Assembly (NCBI GenBank): GCA_033551855.1
Contig: JAWSUI010000004.1
Coordinates: forward strand, 2,673-66,672
Source: Deferrisomatales bacterium
Lineage (GTDB): Bacteria; Desulfobacterota; Deferrisomatia; Deferrisomatales; JACRMM01
Direction of reading: 5' to 3'
Length of the DNA: 64,000 nucleotides
Position 1 is the first letter of the stretch. Every line of letters begins with the position of its first letter. The position numbers were made by a program, and so were the translations under genes. Positions 11,396-21,678 of the stretch are shown here, piece by piece. The notes under the pieces are model-generated. The model was not told the origin of the DNA. It did not search any database and was given only the letters and a program-made list of their open reading frames with translations.

Positions 11396-13927
11396 ATGCG
11401 CTACGGTCTCGCACTGCTGGAGGTGGAGAGGCCCGGCCGGTATGAGGGCCTGGAGGCCGGCGCCGTCGTCAAGGACTGGGACGCGGCCCGCGTCCGCGTG
11501 GCGCTGTGCTTCCCCGACCTGTACGAGATCGGGATGAGCCACCTGGGCCTCCCGCTGCTCTATCACGTGCTCAACCGGCGAGACGAGGTGCTGGCCGAGC
11601 GCGCCTACGCCCCCTGGGGCGACATGGAGGCGCTGCTGCGGCGCCGGGGTTGGCCTCTCGTGACCCGGGAGTCGGGGCGCCCCCTGCGGGAGTTCGACCT
11701 GGTGGGCTTCACGCTGCCCTACGAGCTTCTCGCCACCAACCTCCTGGCCATGCTGGAGTTGGGGGGCGTCCCGCTCCTGGCGAAGGAGAGGGGCGCAGGC
11801 GATCCGCTCGTGCTCGGGGGGGGGCCCGTGGCCGCCAATCCCGAGCCCCTGGCGGACTTCTTCGACGCCTTCTTCGTGGGGGAGGCCGAAGAGGGGATCG
11901 TCGAGGTGGCCGAAACACTGGCCGCGGCGAAGGCCTCGGAGGCAGACCGGGCCGGCCGGCTCGCCGCACTGGGGCGCGTACCGGGCGTGTACGTGCCTTC
12001 CGCCACGCGGCCGGTGTTTCGGGGCGGCCGGCTCGCCGGTTTCGAGCCGCCCCTGCGCGTCCGCCGGCGGGTGGTGGCGGATCTGGAGACGGCGGCGGTG
12101 CCCGAGCGGCCCCTGGTCCCCTTCGTCTCCGCGGTCCACGAGCGCCTGGCGGTGGAGCTGGCCCGGGGGTGCACCCGGGGGTGCCGGTTCTGTCAGGCCG
12201 GCTATCTGTACCGACCGGTGCGGGAGCGAAGCCCGGAGCGTGTGGCGGAGTTGGTGGCCCGGGGCCTCGCCGGGACCGGGTTCGAGGAGGTGGGGCTCCT
12301 GTCCCTCTCCACGGGGGATTACTGCGCCATCGGCCCCCTCCTGGTGCGCCTCATGGACGCCCACTCTCCGGAACGGGTTGCCGTGAGCCTTCCCAGCCTC
12401 CGGGTGGACAGCCTCGAGCCCCGGCTCCTGGAGGAGGTGGGGCGGGTTCGGAAGACCGGCTTCACCGTCGCGCCCGAGGCGGGGACCGACCGCTTGCGCC
12501 GGGTGGTCAACAAGAACGTCACCGAGGAGGACGTGCTGCGGGCCGCGGAGAGGGTCTTCGGCGCCGGCTGGAAGGCGCTGAAGCTCTACTTCATGGTGGG
12601 GCTACCCACCGAGACCCGCGAGGACTGGGCCGGCATCGTCGACCTCGTGCGGAAGGTGGCCCGGCTGGCGCCTCCGGGCCGGGGCCGCGTGGGGGTGAGC
12701 CTCTCCAACTTCGTCCCCAAGGCCCACACGCCCTTCCAGTGGTGCCGGCAGCTGGGGCCGTCGGAAGTCGCCGAGGCTCAGGAGTATTTCCACCGGGAGC
12801 TCGCCCGGGAGAGGAAGGTGGAGCTCAAGTGGCACAGCGGGCCCATGAGCGCCCTCGAGGGGGTCTTCGCCCGGGGGGACCGCCGGGTGGGGGCCGCCGT
12901 GCTCGCCGCCTACCGCATGGGCTGCCGGATGGACGGCTGGACCGAGCGATTCCGGTGGGACCTGTGGCAGGACGCCCTGGCCCAGGCCGGCCTTTCCCTG
13001 GAGGAGTTCCTGCGGGAACGGGACCTCTCCGAGGCGCTCCCGTGGGACGTGGTGGACCTGGGGGTGGACCGGGCCTTCCTCCAGGCCGAGTGGGAGAGGG
13101 CCCGAAGCGGAACCCCTACGGACGACTGCCGGGACGGGGCCTGCCAGGGGTGCGGCCTCTGCGACTTCCAGGCGCTCTTGCCCCGGGTGGCCGGCCCGCG
13201 GGACTTTCCCCCGGGCCGTGACGCGGAGGGGGCTCCGGGGGACGCCGGGGGAGAGGACACCTCGCTTCTGCCGCGCCTGCGGTTCCGGTTCACCAAGACG
13301 GGGCCCGCCGGCCTCCTGTCGCACTTGGAGACCGTGGCCGCCCTCCATCGGGCGTTGCGGGCGGCCCGGGTGCCCCTGGCTTACTCCCAGGGGCACCACC
13401 CCCACCCCCGCCTCACCCTGGGCCCGGCGCTCCCCCTGGGCACGGAGAGCCTGGCCGAGCAGGGGGAGGTGAAGGTGTGCGAGGTGCCCCCGCTGCTGGC
13501 CACCCAGACGGCCCTGAACGAACACCTCCCCGAGGGGCTGCGGGTGGAAGCCCTCTGGACCGTGGTTCCGGGCTCCCGGGGCCTCACCGGCGGCGACACC
13601 CGGGAGGAGTACCGGGTGTGGCCCTCGCAGGCCGCCACGGCCCAGGTGGCTTCAGAGGGGGGGTGGCGCGGGGCGGTGGAACGCTTCTGGGCGCATCCCT
13701 CGTTCCCCGTGGTCAAGCGCCGCCGGAACAAGGCCGCCCGGGTCCTCGACGGGCGGGCGTACGCGGAGGGCCTGTGGGTAGACGGAGACGTCCTCGCGGT
13801 GCGGGTGCGCCGCGCCCGGGACGGCACGGCCCTCGGGATGGAGGACCTCGTGCGCACGCTGGCCGAGCTTCCCGAAGGGGAACGGGCGTGTGCCCGCATC
13901 GTCAAGACCCGAAGCGAGCCGGCGTGA
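11396..13927 (+). CDS. radical SAM protein (TIGR03960-like) fused to a C-terminal DUF2344/TIGR03936-like domain
   Basis: FPDLYEIGMSHLG, CTRGCRFC radical SAM motif, APEAG, C-terminal 'LSHLE...AYSQGHHPHP'; lies upstream of rng as is usual for this family. Confidence 0.88.
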   Translation: MRYGLALLEVERPGRYEGLEAGAVVKDWDAARVRVALCFPDLYEIGMSHLGLPLLYHVLNRRDEVLAERAYAPWGDMEALLRRRGWPLVTRESGRPLREFDLVGFTLPYELLATNLLAMLELGGVPLLAKERGAGDPLVLGGGPVAANPEPLADFFDAFFVGEAEEGIVEVAETLAAAKASEADRAGRLAALGRVPGVYVPSATRPVFRGGRLAGFEPPLRVRRRVVADLETAAVPERPLVPFVSAVHERLAVELARGCTRGCRFCQAGYLYRPVRERSPERVAELVARGLAGTGFEEVGLLSLSTGDYCAIGPLLVRLMDAHSPERVAVSLPSLRVDSLEPRLLEEVGRVRKTGFTVAPEAGTDRLRRVVNKNVTEEDVLRAAERVFGAGWKALKLYFMVGLPTETREDWAGIVDLVRKVARLAPPGRGRVGVSLSNFVPKAHTPFQWCRQLGPSEVAEAQEYFHRELARERKVELKWHSGPMSALEGVFARGDRRVGAAVLAAYRMGCRMDGWTERFRWDLWQDALAQAGLSLEEFLRERDLSEALPWDVVDLGVDRAFLQAEWERARSGTPTDDCRDGACQGCGLCDFQALLPRVAGPRDFPPGRDAEGAPGDAGGEDTSLLPRLRFRFTKTGPAGLLSHLETVAALHRALRAARVPLAYSQGHHPHPRLTLGPALPLGTESLAEQGEVKVCEVPPLLATQTALNEHLPEGLRVEALWTVVPGSRGLTGGDTREEYRVWPSQAATAQVASEGGWRGAVERFWAHPSFPVVKRRRNKAARVLDGRAYAEGLWVDGDVLAVRVRRARDGTALGMEDLVRTLAELPEGERACARIVKTRSEPA

Positions 13928-13970
13928 GCGCCCCCGCGTCCAGCCGGCCCACAGACCGCAGGGGAGTGCC

Positions 13971-15539
13971 ATGAAGATCGCAAGCCAGCCTTCGGGCCAT
14001 TCCGGACTCGTTTCCGATGCCGCCGCCACGACCCTGACCAAGGAGATCGTGATCAACGCCAGTCCCCAGGAGACCCGGGTGGCTCTGCTGGAGAACAAGA
14101 TCCTGGCGGAGCTCTACATCGAGTACGTGAAGGACCGGCGGGTCGCCGGGAGCATCTACAAGGGCCGGGTGGTGCGGGTGCTCCCCGGGATGCAGGCGGC
14201 CTTCGTCGATATCGGGCTCGAGAAGGCGGCGTTTCTCTACGTCTCCGACGTGAAGTCCTCCGTGCGGGAGTACGCCGAGCTCTTCGGCACGGATCAGGAG
14301 CTCGACGAGGAGGAGCCGTTTCCCAGGGCGCGGGTCCTCACCCCCATCGAAGACCTCCTGCAGGAGGGCCAGGAGCTCCTGGTCCAGGTCTCCAAGGAGC
14401 CCCTGGGCCGCAAGGGGGCGCGGATCACCCAGTTCGTCAGCCTGCCGGGCCGCAACGTGGTGTACCTGCCCGACGTGAACCACGTGGGGGTCTCGCGGCG
14501 GATCACCGACGAGGCGGAGCGCGCCCGCCTGCGGGAGACGGTGACGGGCCTGCGGCCCGGCTCCACCGGGGGCTTCATCGTGCGCACCGCCGCGGAGGGC
14601 TGCGGCGCCGAGGAGCTCCAGCCCGAGACGGAGTTCCTCGTCCGCCTCTGGGACGAGATCGGCAAGAAGGCGGCCCGGGCCGCCGCCCCCAACCTCATCC
14701 ACTCGGATCTGGACGTGGCCTTCCGCTCGATCCGCGACCTCTATGCTCCGGACGTGCAGAGGGTCGTCGTGGACTCCCCGGAGGAGTACCGGAAGATCCT
14801 CGACTTCGTCGAGAAGTACGTTCCCCAGGCCAAGCCGGCGGTGGAGCTCTACACCCGGCCGGAGCCCATCTTCGACTTCTACGGCATCGAGCTCGAGATC
14901 TCCAAGGCCCTGGAGCGCAAGGTGTGGCTCAAGAGCGGCGGCTACATCGTCATCGAGCTCACCGAGGCCCTCACGGCCATCGATGTCAACACCGGGTCGT
15001 ACGTGGGGAAGAGGAACCTCGAGGAGACCATCCTCAAGACCAATCTCGAGGCCGCCCGGGAGATCGCCTACCAGCTCCGGCTGCGCAACATCGGCGGCAT
15101 CATCATCCTGGACTTCATCGACATGGAGGTGGAGGAGAACCGGGGCAAGGTGTTCGAGGCCCTGGAGGCGGAGCTGCGAAAGGATCGGGCCAAGACCAAC
15201 CTCCTGGAGATCTCGAGCCTCGGCCTGGTGGAGATGACCCGCAAGCGGATCCGGGAGAGCCTGGGCCGCACCCTGTGCGAGCCCTGCCCCTACTGCGAGG
15301 GCAAGGCCACGGTCAAGGCGCGCACGACCGTGGCCTACGAGCTCTTCCGGGAGCTGCGCCGCCGCCGCCGCAGCTTCGTCGGCGAGGAGGTGGTGGTGCT
15401 CGCCCACCCGGACGTGGTGGGCTACCTCTACGAGGACGAGCGGGCCAGCCTGGAGGACCTGGAGCGGATGCTCGCCCGGCGCATCTCCCTGCGGGCCCGG
15501 CAGGACTTTCACCAGGAGGATTTCGAGGTTCTGGGGTAG
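13971..15539 (+). CDS. rng: Rne/Rng family ribonuclease (RNase G-like)
   Basis: S1 domain 'VLPGMQAAFVDIG', 'AIDVNTG', 'QLRLRNIGGIIILDFIDM', CPYCEG; start uncertain. Confidence 0.9.
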   Translation: MKIASQPSGHSGLVSDAAATTLTKEIVINASPQETRVALLENKILAELYIEYVKDRRVAGSIYKGRVVRVLPGMQAAFVDIGLEKAAFLYVSDVKSSVREYAELFGTDQELDEEEPFPRARVLTPIEDLLQEGQELLVQVSKEPLGRKGARITQFVSLPGRNVVYLPDVNHVGVSRRITDEAERARLRETVTGLRPGSTGGFIVRTAAEGCGAEELQPETEFLVRLWDEIGKKAARAAAPNLIHSDLDVAFRSIRDLYAPDVQRVVVDSPEEYRKILDFVEKYVPQAKPAVELYTRPEPIFDFYGIELEISKALERKVWLKSGGYIVIELTEALTAIDVNTGSYVGKRNLEETILKTNLEAAREIAYQLRLRNIGGIIILDFIDMEVEENRGKVFEALEAELRKDRAKTNLLEISSLGLVEMTRKRIRESLGRTLCEPCPYCEGKATVKARTTVAYELFRELRRRRRSFVGEEVVVLAHPDVVGYLYEDERASLEDLERMLARRISLRARQDFHQEDFEVLG

Positions 15540-15546
15540 CGGGCGC

Positions 15547-17298
15547 CTACCGGGGGGCGGTGCTCCCCTCGTGGGGCACCCGTACCCGCACGGTGGTCCC
15601 CCGGCCGTGCTCGCTCTCGATGGTCAGGTCCCCCCGGAGCGCTTCCACCAGGTGCTTGACGATGGACAAACCCAGCCCGGTGCCGCCGCGAGCGCGGGAG
15701 CGCCCCGGGTCCACCCGATAGAACCTCTCCGCGACCCGGGGGAGGTCCTTGGGGGGGATCCCGATGCCCGTGTCCGAGACCCGGTATGCGACTCCCCCGG
15801 GCATCGCCTCTACGCCCACGGACACATTCCCCCCCCGGGGCGTGTAGCGCACGGCGTTCTGCACCAGGTTGACCAGAATCGACTCCAGCCGGTCCGGGTC
15901 CGATACCAGGCGCACGGGTTCCCGAGGGAGATCCTCGGTGAGTGCCACCCCCGACGCCTCGGCCTCGGCCCGGAAGAGCTCCAGCACGTGGTGCACCGGC
16001 TGACGGCCGTCGAGCTCTCGCGGCTCCACAGGCTCGGCGCCCGCCTCGATGCGCGCCAGGTCGGACACGTCACCCAGTAGGGCTTCCAGGCGCAAGGCGT
16101 TTCGCCGGATCGATTCCAGGAAGCGCTGGGCTGCCGGGGGGTCGGCCAGGGCGCCGTCCAGGAGGGTCTCGGCCGAGGCCCGGACCGCTGTCAGGGGGGT
16201 GCGGAGCTCGTGGGAGAGGTTGGCCACGAAGTCGGTGCGGACCCTCTCGAGGTGTGCCTGCCGGGTTACGTCGCGCAGGACCACGAGCACCCCGGGGAGC
16301 CCCTCCTGATCCGGAAGAGGCCGGAGGACCGCCTCCAGCTCGCAGGTGGGTTCGGGCCAGGTGAGCCGCACCGGCTCGGGCTCGGCGCCCTCTGCCTTCC
16401 CGAACCGATCCAGGGCCTCCAGGAGGCGCGGCTCTCGCAGGAGCTCGGCCCCGGGCAGGCCCTCGATGGCTTCCCGGGGCAGGCGCAGGAGGCGGCGCGC
16501 GGGCTCGTTGGCGACGGCGAGGCGCCCCTCCCCGTCCAGCAAGGCCACGGCGTCGGGCAGGCCGTCCACCAGGGCCTGGAGGCGCCCCCGGTCCCGCCGG
16601 AGGGCGCCCACCTGCCGTTCCAGGTCGCCCCGCAGATCCCCGAGGCTGCGTTCCAGGTCGGCCAACTCGTCGCTGCCGTGAACGGCGAGCCGGGCCCCGT
16701 AGTCCCCGGCGGCGAGGCGGGCGGCGAACCCGGCCATGGCCGAGAACCGCCGGGTGAGGCCCCGGGAGAGAAGGAGGGCGAGGCCGAGGGCCAGGGTGAG
16801 TGCGGGGACCACCGAGAAGAGCACCTTCCGGCGGGCCTCCCAGAGCACGGAGCGGACGTCCGCAAGGGGCAGGGCCGCCCGGACGACCGAGGGGCCCGGG
16901 AGCGCCACGTAGAGCATGTCCACCCCGAGGGTGGGGCTGCGGCGCACTCCCGCCCCCCGGGTACCCGCCAGGGCCGCGGCGATCTCGGGGCGGCCGGCGT
17001 GGTTCTCCATCCCCGAGGGATCGAGCTCCGAATCGGCGAGGACCGTCCCGTCCCGGTCGACCACCGTCAGTCGAAACCCGCCCGCCGCCCCCCGGCGGCG
17101 CACGGTCTCCCGGAGCACGGGACCTGCCGGCGGGAGGTCCACCGCCGCGAGGTTCGCGAGGCTCGTGAGCCGGGACTCCAGGCGCCGGGTCTCGCGCCCT
17201 ACGATGAAGGGGTCGAGCGCCATGCCCGCCACCAGAAGCACGACCACGAGGAGGACAGCGGAGTGGACGGCGAGTCGGGCGAAGAGGGTTCGTGCCAC
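15547..17298 (-). CDS. phoR: phosphate regulon sensor histidine kinase
   Basis: TM-HAMP-PAS-HisKA (SHELRTP)-HATPase (ERFYRVD, GGTGLGLSIVKH); follows phoB. Confidence 0.88.
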   Translation of the reverse strand: MARTLFARLAVHSAVLLVVVLLVAGMALDPFIVGRETRRLESRLTSLANLAAVDLPPAGPVLRETVRRRGAAGGFRLTVVDRDGTVLADSELDPSGMENHAGRPEIAAALAGTRGAGVRRSPTLGVDMLYVALPGPSVVRAALPLADVRSVLWEARRKVLFSVVPALTLALGLALLLSRGLTRRFSAMAGFAARLAAGDYGARLAVHGSDELADLERSLGDLRGDLERQVGALRRDRGRLQALVDGLPDAVALLDGEGRLAVANEPARRLLRLPREAIEGLPGAELLREPRLLEALDRFGKAEGAEPEPVRLTWPEPTCELEAVLRPLPDQEGLPGVLVVLRDVTRQAHLERVRTDFVANLSHELRTPLTAVRASAETLLDGALADPPAAQRFLESIRRNALRLEALLGDVSDLARIEAGAEPVEPRELDGRQPVHHVLELFRAEAEASGVALTEDLPREPVRLVSDPDRLESILVNLVQNAVRYTPRGGNVSVGVEAMPGGVAYRVSDTGIGIPPKDLPRVAERFYRVDPGRSRARGGTGLGLSIVKHLVEALRGDLTIESEHGRGTTVRVRVPHEGSTAPR

Positions 17299-17304
17299 CG
17301 GGGG

Positions 17305-18006
17305 TCACTCCTTGGCGGGACGGGCCTGGAAGCGGTACCCCGCCCCCCGCACCGTCTCGATGAGGACCGGGTTCGAGGGGTCGGGCTCCACCCGGGCCCT
17401 CAGGCGGCGCACGTGGACGTCCACGGTGCGCGGGTCCACGTACACCTCCGGGTCCCAGGCCTGCCGGATGAGGGCCTCTCGGGAGTAGACACGGTTGGGG
17501 TGGGTGGCCAGGAAGGCGAGCAGCCGGTACTCCTGGGGCGCCAGCACCAGCTCCTCTCCGGCCCGGCGCACCCGGTGGGCGTCGAGATCGAGCTCCAGGT
17601 CCCCGAAGCGCAGCCGGGGCCGCTCGGGCTCTTCGCCCCGGGAGCGCTTGAGGATCGCCCGCACCCGGGCCAGGAGCTCCCGGGGGCTGAAGGGCTTGAC
17701 CACGTAGTCGTCGGCCCCCAGCTCGAACCCCACGAGCACGTCCGACTCCTCTCCCCGGGCGGTCAGCAGGATGACCGGGACGGCCCGGGTTTTCTCCCGG
17801 CTGCGCAGGATGCGCAGCACCTCGAAGCCCTGGAGGTCGGGGAGCATCACGTCGAGCAGGACGAGGTCCGGGGTGCGTCGGCCCGCCAGCTCCACGGCCA
17901 GGCGCCCCGTGGGGGCTCGGTCCACCTGGAAGCCCGAGACCTCCAGGTTGTAGGCCAGGAGCTCCAGCAGGTCTTCTTCGTCGTCCACGATGAGGACGCG
18001 GGGCAT
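17305..18006 (-). CDS. phoB: PhoB/OmpR-family response regulator
   Basis: REC domain plus winged helix 'RTVDVHVRRLR', 'ETVRGAGY'; in the pst/phoU operon. Confidence 0.88.
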   Translation of the reverse strand: MPRVLIVDDEEDLLELLAYNLEVSGFQVDRAPTGRLAVELAGRRTPDLVLLDVMLPDLQGFEVLRILRSREKTRAVPVILLTARGEESDVLVGFELGADDYVVKPFSPRELLARVRAILKRSRGEEPERPRLRFGDLELDLDAHRVRRAGEELVLAPQEYRLLAFLATHPNRVYSREALIRQAWDPEVYVDPRTVDVHVRRLRARVEPDPSNPVLIETVRGAGYRFQARPAKE

Positions 18007-18010
18007 GGCT

Positions 18011-18703
18011 TCAGCCCTCCTGGGGCGTCGTGCGCTTCCAGACCGTGTGGCGGATGTCCTTGCCCTTCACCAGGTAGATCACCATCTCCGAGATGTTGGT
18101 GGCGTGGTCGGCGATGCGCTCCAGGTACTTGCCGATCATGATGAGCCCGAGCGCCCGGGGGATGTTGGCGGGGTTCTCGAGCATGTAGGTGAGGAGCTCC
18201 CGGAAGACCTGGTCGTTGAGCCGATCCACCTCGTCGTCGAGGGCGCACACCTCCTGGGCCCGCTCCGCGTCCCGGGCGACGTACGCGTCGAGGGCCTGGC
18301 GCAGCATGGCCCGGGCCCGGTCGGCCATGCGGGGCAGGTCGATGAGGGGTTTCAGGGGCGGGGCCTCCAGGAGTTCCAGCACCCTCTCGCAGAGGTTCAC
18401 CGCGAGATCCCCGATGCGCTCCAGGTCGGTGGTGATCTTGAGCCCGGTGATGATGAGGCGCAGATCCCCGGCGGCCGGCTGGCGAAGGGCCAGGAGCTCG
18501 ATGCAGTGCTCGTCCACCTCCACCTCGAGGCGGTTGATCAGGTGGTCTCGCCCGATGGTCTCGCGAGCCCCTTCGGGGTCCCTGTCCACCAGTGCGGTCA
18601 AGGCGCGCCCGATGGCGTCCTCCACCAGCGACCCCATCCGCAGAACCTTCTCCTGCAAGGCCTCGAGATCGGCCGCAAACGCCTTGCTCGTGTGTTTCTG
18701 CAT
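18011..18703 (-). CDS. phoU: phosphate signalling protein PhoU
   Basis: QPAAGDLR, DLERIGD, LERIADHATNI repeats; ATG at 18703. Confidence 0.94.
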   Translation of the reverse strand: MQKHTSKAFAADLEALQEKVLRMGSLVEDAIGRALTALVDRDPEGARETIGRDHLINRLEVEVDEHCIELLALRQPAAGDLRLIITGLKITTDLERIGDLAVNLCERVLELLEAPPLKPLIDLPRMADRARAMLRQALDAYVARDAERAQEVCALDDEVDRLNDQVFRELLTYMLENPANIPRALGLIMIGKYLERIADHATNISEMVIYLVKGKDIRHTVWKRTTPQEG

Positions 18704-18716
18704 GGAAAACCCTTCT

Positions 18717-18904
18717 TGGACGGGATAACGGGATCGACGGGATAAGGCAGTAGGTCGGGTTGGCGAACCGCAACCTGACGCTACTCCGCCCGGCCACCTC
18801 CATGCGACTCTGCGTCTCAGACAAGAACCCTTTTGGGACAGGATAACAGGATGGACCGGATACGGCTTCATCCCATCCCGTTCATCCCGTTATCCCGTCA
18901 AAAA
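18717..18904. repeat. cluster of short palindromic repeats: 9-bp tandem units (ACGGGATAA-like), a GTAG-type REP and a long hairpin
   Basis: ggacgggataacgggatcgacgggataa; gtag-gtcgggttg...caacctgac (18750-18779); ttttgggacaggataacaggatg...catcccgttatcccgtcaaaaa. Confidence 0.7.
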
Positions 18905-18911
18905 CCGTTCT

Positions 18912-19670
18912 TCACCCGAAACGCCCCGTCACGTACGCCTCGGTCCGCTCTTCCCGGGGGGTGGTGAAGATCACCTGGGTCCGGTCGAACTCCACGAGCT
19001 TTCCCACGTAGAAGAACCCCGTGAAGTCCGAGAGCCGTGCCGCCTGCTGCATGTTGTGCGTGACGATGACGATGGTGTAGCGGCTCTTCAGCTCGCCGAT
19101 CAGGTCTTCCAGTCGGGCCGACGAGATGGGGTCGAGCGCGCTCGCGGGCTCGTCCATGAGGAGCACCTCGGGCTCCACCGCGAGCGCCCGGGCGATGCAC
19201 AGCCGCTGCTGCTGCCCGCCGGACAGCTCCAGGGCCGAGTGGCGCAACCGGTCCTTCACCTCGTCCCACAGGGAGGCCATCTTGAGGGCGCTCTCCACGA
19301 GCTCGGCGAGGCGAGCCTTGTCCTTGACCCCGTGGATGCGGGGCCCGTAGGCGACATTGTCGAAGACCGACTTCGGGAAGGGGTTCCAGCGCTGGAACAC
19401 CATGCCCACCCGGCGGCGCAGGTCCACCACGTCGGTGTGGGGCCGCAGGATGTCCTCGTCGTCCAGGAGGATCTGGCCTTCGGTGCGGGTGCCGGGGATG
19501 AGCTCGTTCATGCGGTTGAGACAGCGCAGGAACGTGCTCTTGCCGCACCCCGAAGGCCCGATGAGGGCCGTGACCCGGTTGGAGGGGATGTCCAGGTGGA
19601 TGCCGTCGAGGGCCTTGGTCGGGCCGTACCAGACGCCCACCCCCTTGCAGGCGATGCGGATGTCTTTCAT
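18912..19670 (-). CDS. pstB: phosphate ABC transporter ATP-binding protein
   Basis: [41 protein letters not shown]-terminal GRFG. Confidence 0.96.
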   Translation of the reverse strand: MKDIRIACKGVGVWYGPTKALDGIHLDIPSNRVTALIGPSGCGKSTFLRCLNRMNELIPGTRTEGQILLDDEDILRPHTDVVDLRRRVGMVFQRWNPFPKSVFDNVAYGPRIHGVKDKARLAELVESALKMASLWDEVKDRLRHSALELSGGQQQRLCIARALAVEPEVLLMDEPASALDPISSARLEDLIGELKSRYTIVIVTHNMQQAARLSDFTGFFYVGKLVEFDRTQVIFTTPREERTEAYVTGRFG

Positions 19671-19673
19671 CTG

Positions 19674-19834
19674 GTGTCCTGGGTCATTGATTCGCTGTCA
19701 TACCGAAGCCGCCGCCGCGCCCGCTGCGCAAGGCGCGAGGAGGGCGAATATTGGGAATATTCAACCGACGAGCAACGCAGTGCAGCCGGATGCAGCGGCG
19801 GATGAATATCGGTGGAATGAATGACGCAGGACAC
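19674..19834. mobile_element. MITE-like element (family D, about 160 bp) with 20-bp terminal inverted repeats
   Basis: Left GTGTCCTGGGTCATTGATTC versus reverse complement of right GTGTCCTGCGTCATTCATTC (18/20); internal palindrome GAATATT-GGG-AATATTC. Confidence 0.75.
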
Positions 19835-20688
19835 TATCGTGCGCTCTCCAATTTCCTTCGCATCCGGCTCCGCACCGCGAACGCCCCCAGGTTCAGGGTG
19901 AACACGAGCGCCACGAGCACGAGGGCGGTGCCGTAGGCGAGCGGCCGCACCTTCTCGATGGCGTGGTGCTGGGTGGAGAGGATGTAGAGGTGGTAGGGCA
20001 GGGCCATGAACTGGTCCGAGAGGGACCCCGGCACGAAGGGGAGGTAGAAGGCCACCCCGGTGAAGAGGATGGGCGCCGTCTCACCGGCGGCGCGGCTCAG
20101 CCCCAGGATCGCGCCGGTGAGGATGCCGGGCAGGGCGGGGGGGAGCACCACCGTGCGCACCGCCTGCCAGCGGGTCGCCCCCAGGGCCAGGGCCCCGTCC
20201 CGGTAGCTCTGGGGCACGCCCCGCAAGGCCTCCTCGCTGGCCGTGATGATCCAGGGGAGCGTCAGGAGCCCCAGAGTCAGGCCCGCGGAGAGGAGGCTCG
20301 TCCCCAGGCCCAGGAGATCGACGAAGAGCACCACCCCGAAGAGGCCGTACACCACGCTCGGCACCCCGGAGAGGTTGCGGATGGCGAGCCGGATCATCCG
20401 GGTCGTGGCGGCGTCCCGCGCGTACTCGTTCAGGTACACGGCCGCCCCCACCCCCAGGGGCAGCGCGAAGAACACCGTGAGGAGGCTCACCATGGCGGTT
20501 CCGGCGATCGCGGGGAAGATCCCCCCCTCGGTCATCCCCCTGCGGGGCGGCGCGGTCAGGAACTCCCACCCCAGGACCTCCCAGCCCTGGAGGGCGATGT
20601 GCCCCAGAAAGCCCAGGAGCACCGCCACGGTGGCCAGGGTGCACAGCACCAGGTAGGATCGTCCCAGGGCCGACCAGAGCCGCTTCAC
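19834..20688 (-). CDS. pstA: phosphate ABC transporter permease PstA
   Basis: GGIFPAI, VPSVVYGLFG, SRAAGETAPI motifs. Confidence 0.94.
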   Translation of the reverse strand: MKRLWSALGRSYLVLCTLATVAVLLGFLGHIALQGWEVLGWEFLTAPPRRGMTEGGIFPAIAGTAMVSLLTVFFALPLGVGAAVYLNEYARDAATTRMIRLAIRNLSGVPSVVYGLFGVVLFVDLLGLGTSLLSAGLTLGLLTLPWIITASEEALRGVPQSYRDGALALGATRWQAVRTVVLPPALPGILTGAILGLSRAAGETAPILFTGVAFYLPFVPGSLSDQFMALPYHLYILSTQHHAIEKVRPLAYGTALVLVALVFTLNLGAFAVRSRMRRKLESAR

Positions 20689-21626
20689 CGCCGTCCCCCC
20701 TGGTACCGGTGGAGCACCCGATCGGCCACCCAGTTCACGGTGAAGGAGATGCAGAAGAGAGCGAATCCTACGGCAAAGAGGGCGTAATAGTGGGAGGTTC
20801 CCCGGGGGACCTCCCCGAGCTCGATGGCGATGGTGGCCGTCATGGTGCGCACGGCGGAGAGCAGGCCGTCCGGAAAGGCCGGGGCGTTGCCCGTGGCCAT
20901 AAGCACCGTCATGGTCTCCCCGATGGCCCGCCCCATGGCCAGCATCATGGCTGCCAGGATCCCTGGGGCCGCGGCAGGCAGGGTGACCTTCACCAGGGTC
21001 TCCCAGGGGTTCGCCCCCAGGGCCAGACTCGCCAGCCGGTGGTCACGGGGTACGCTGCGCAGGGCATCCTCCGAGAGGCTCACCGCCGTGGGTAGGGCCA
21101 TGACCGCCAGAAGGAGCGACCCGTTGAGCGCGGTGAGCCCGTTGGGGAGCCCGAAGGTGCGGGCGATCCAGGGCCCCACCACCACGATCCCGATGAAGCC
21201 CACGACCACGCTCGGGATGCTGGCCAGGATCTCCACCGCGGGCTTCAGGATCTCGCGCACCCGGGGCCGGGCGAACTCCGCCAGGTACGCGGCGACCCCG
21301 ATGCCCACGGGCACGGTGAGTGCCATGGCGCCCAGGGTCACCAGGGCGGTGGAAGCCACCATGGAGAGGATCCCGTACCCGGCCTCCACGGGGCTTGTGG
21401 GGTCCCAGCGGGCGGAGGCCAGGAACTGGGACAGGGGGATCTCGCGGAAGGCCTGGGCCCCCTTCCAGAAGAGCAGGGCGAAGATGCCCCCCAGCACCGC
21501 CACCGAGCCGAACCCGCAGGACGCCAGCACCAGCTCCACGGCGCGCTCGCCCCACCGGGCGCGGGGTTTGCGCCTCACCGGTGCCTGGGGGGCAGGGGCG
21601 GGCGGGGTGTCTGGTCGCGAGTTCAC
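20685..21626 (-). CDS. pstC: phosphate ABC transporter permease PstC
   Basis: EILASIPSVVVG, GRAIGETMTV, TMTATIA motifs; start approximate. Confidence 0.93.
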   Translation of the reverse strand: MNSRPDTPPAPAPQAPVRRKPRARWGERAVELVLASCGFGSVAVLGGIFALLFWKGAQAFREIPLSQFLASARWDPTSPVEAGYGILSMVASTALVTLGAMALTVPVGIGVAAYLAEFARPRVREILKPAVEILASIPSVVVGFIGIVVVGPWIARTFGLPNGLTALNGSLLLAVMALPTAVSLSEDALRSVPRDHRLASLALGANPWETLVKVTLPAAAPGILAAMMLAMGRAIGETMTVLMATGNAPAFPDGLLSAVRTMTATIAIELGEVPRGTSHYYALFAVGFALFCISFTVNWVADRVLHRYQGGRR

Positions 21627-21678
21627 GTCGGTCTGGCTCCGGAGCTCCGGTTGGGGAAGGCGCAGGGTACTGCCCGAT

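Noticed and set aside
18704-18871. N-terminal extensions of ORF-track calls (phoU here; also uvrA, yebC, malQ, DUF2156, rubrerythrin)
   Set aside because: The extensions run through repeats or upstream genes; starts were reassigned to the conserved N-termini
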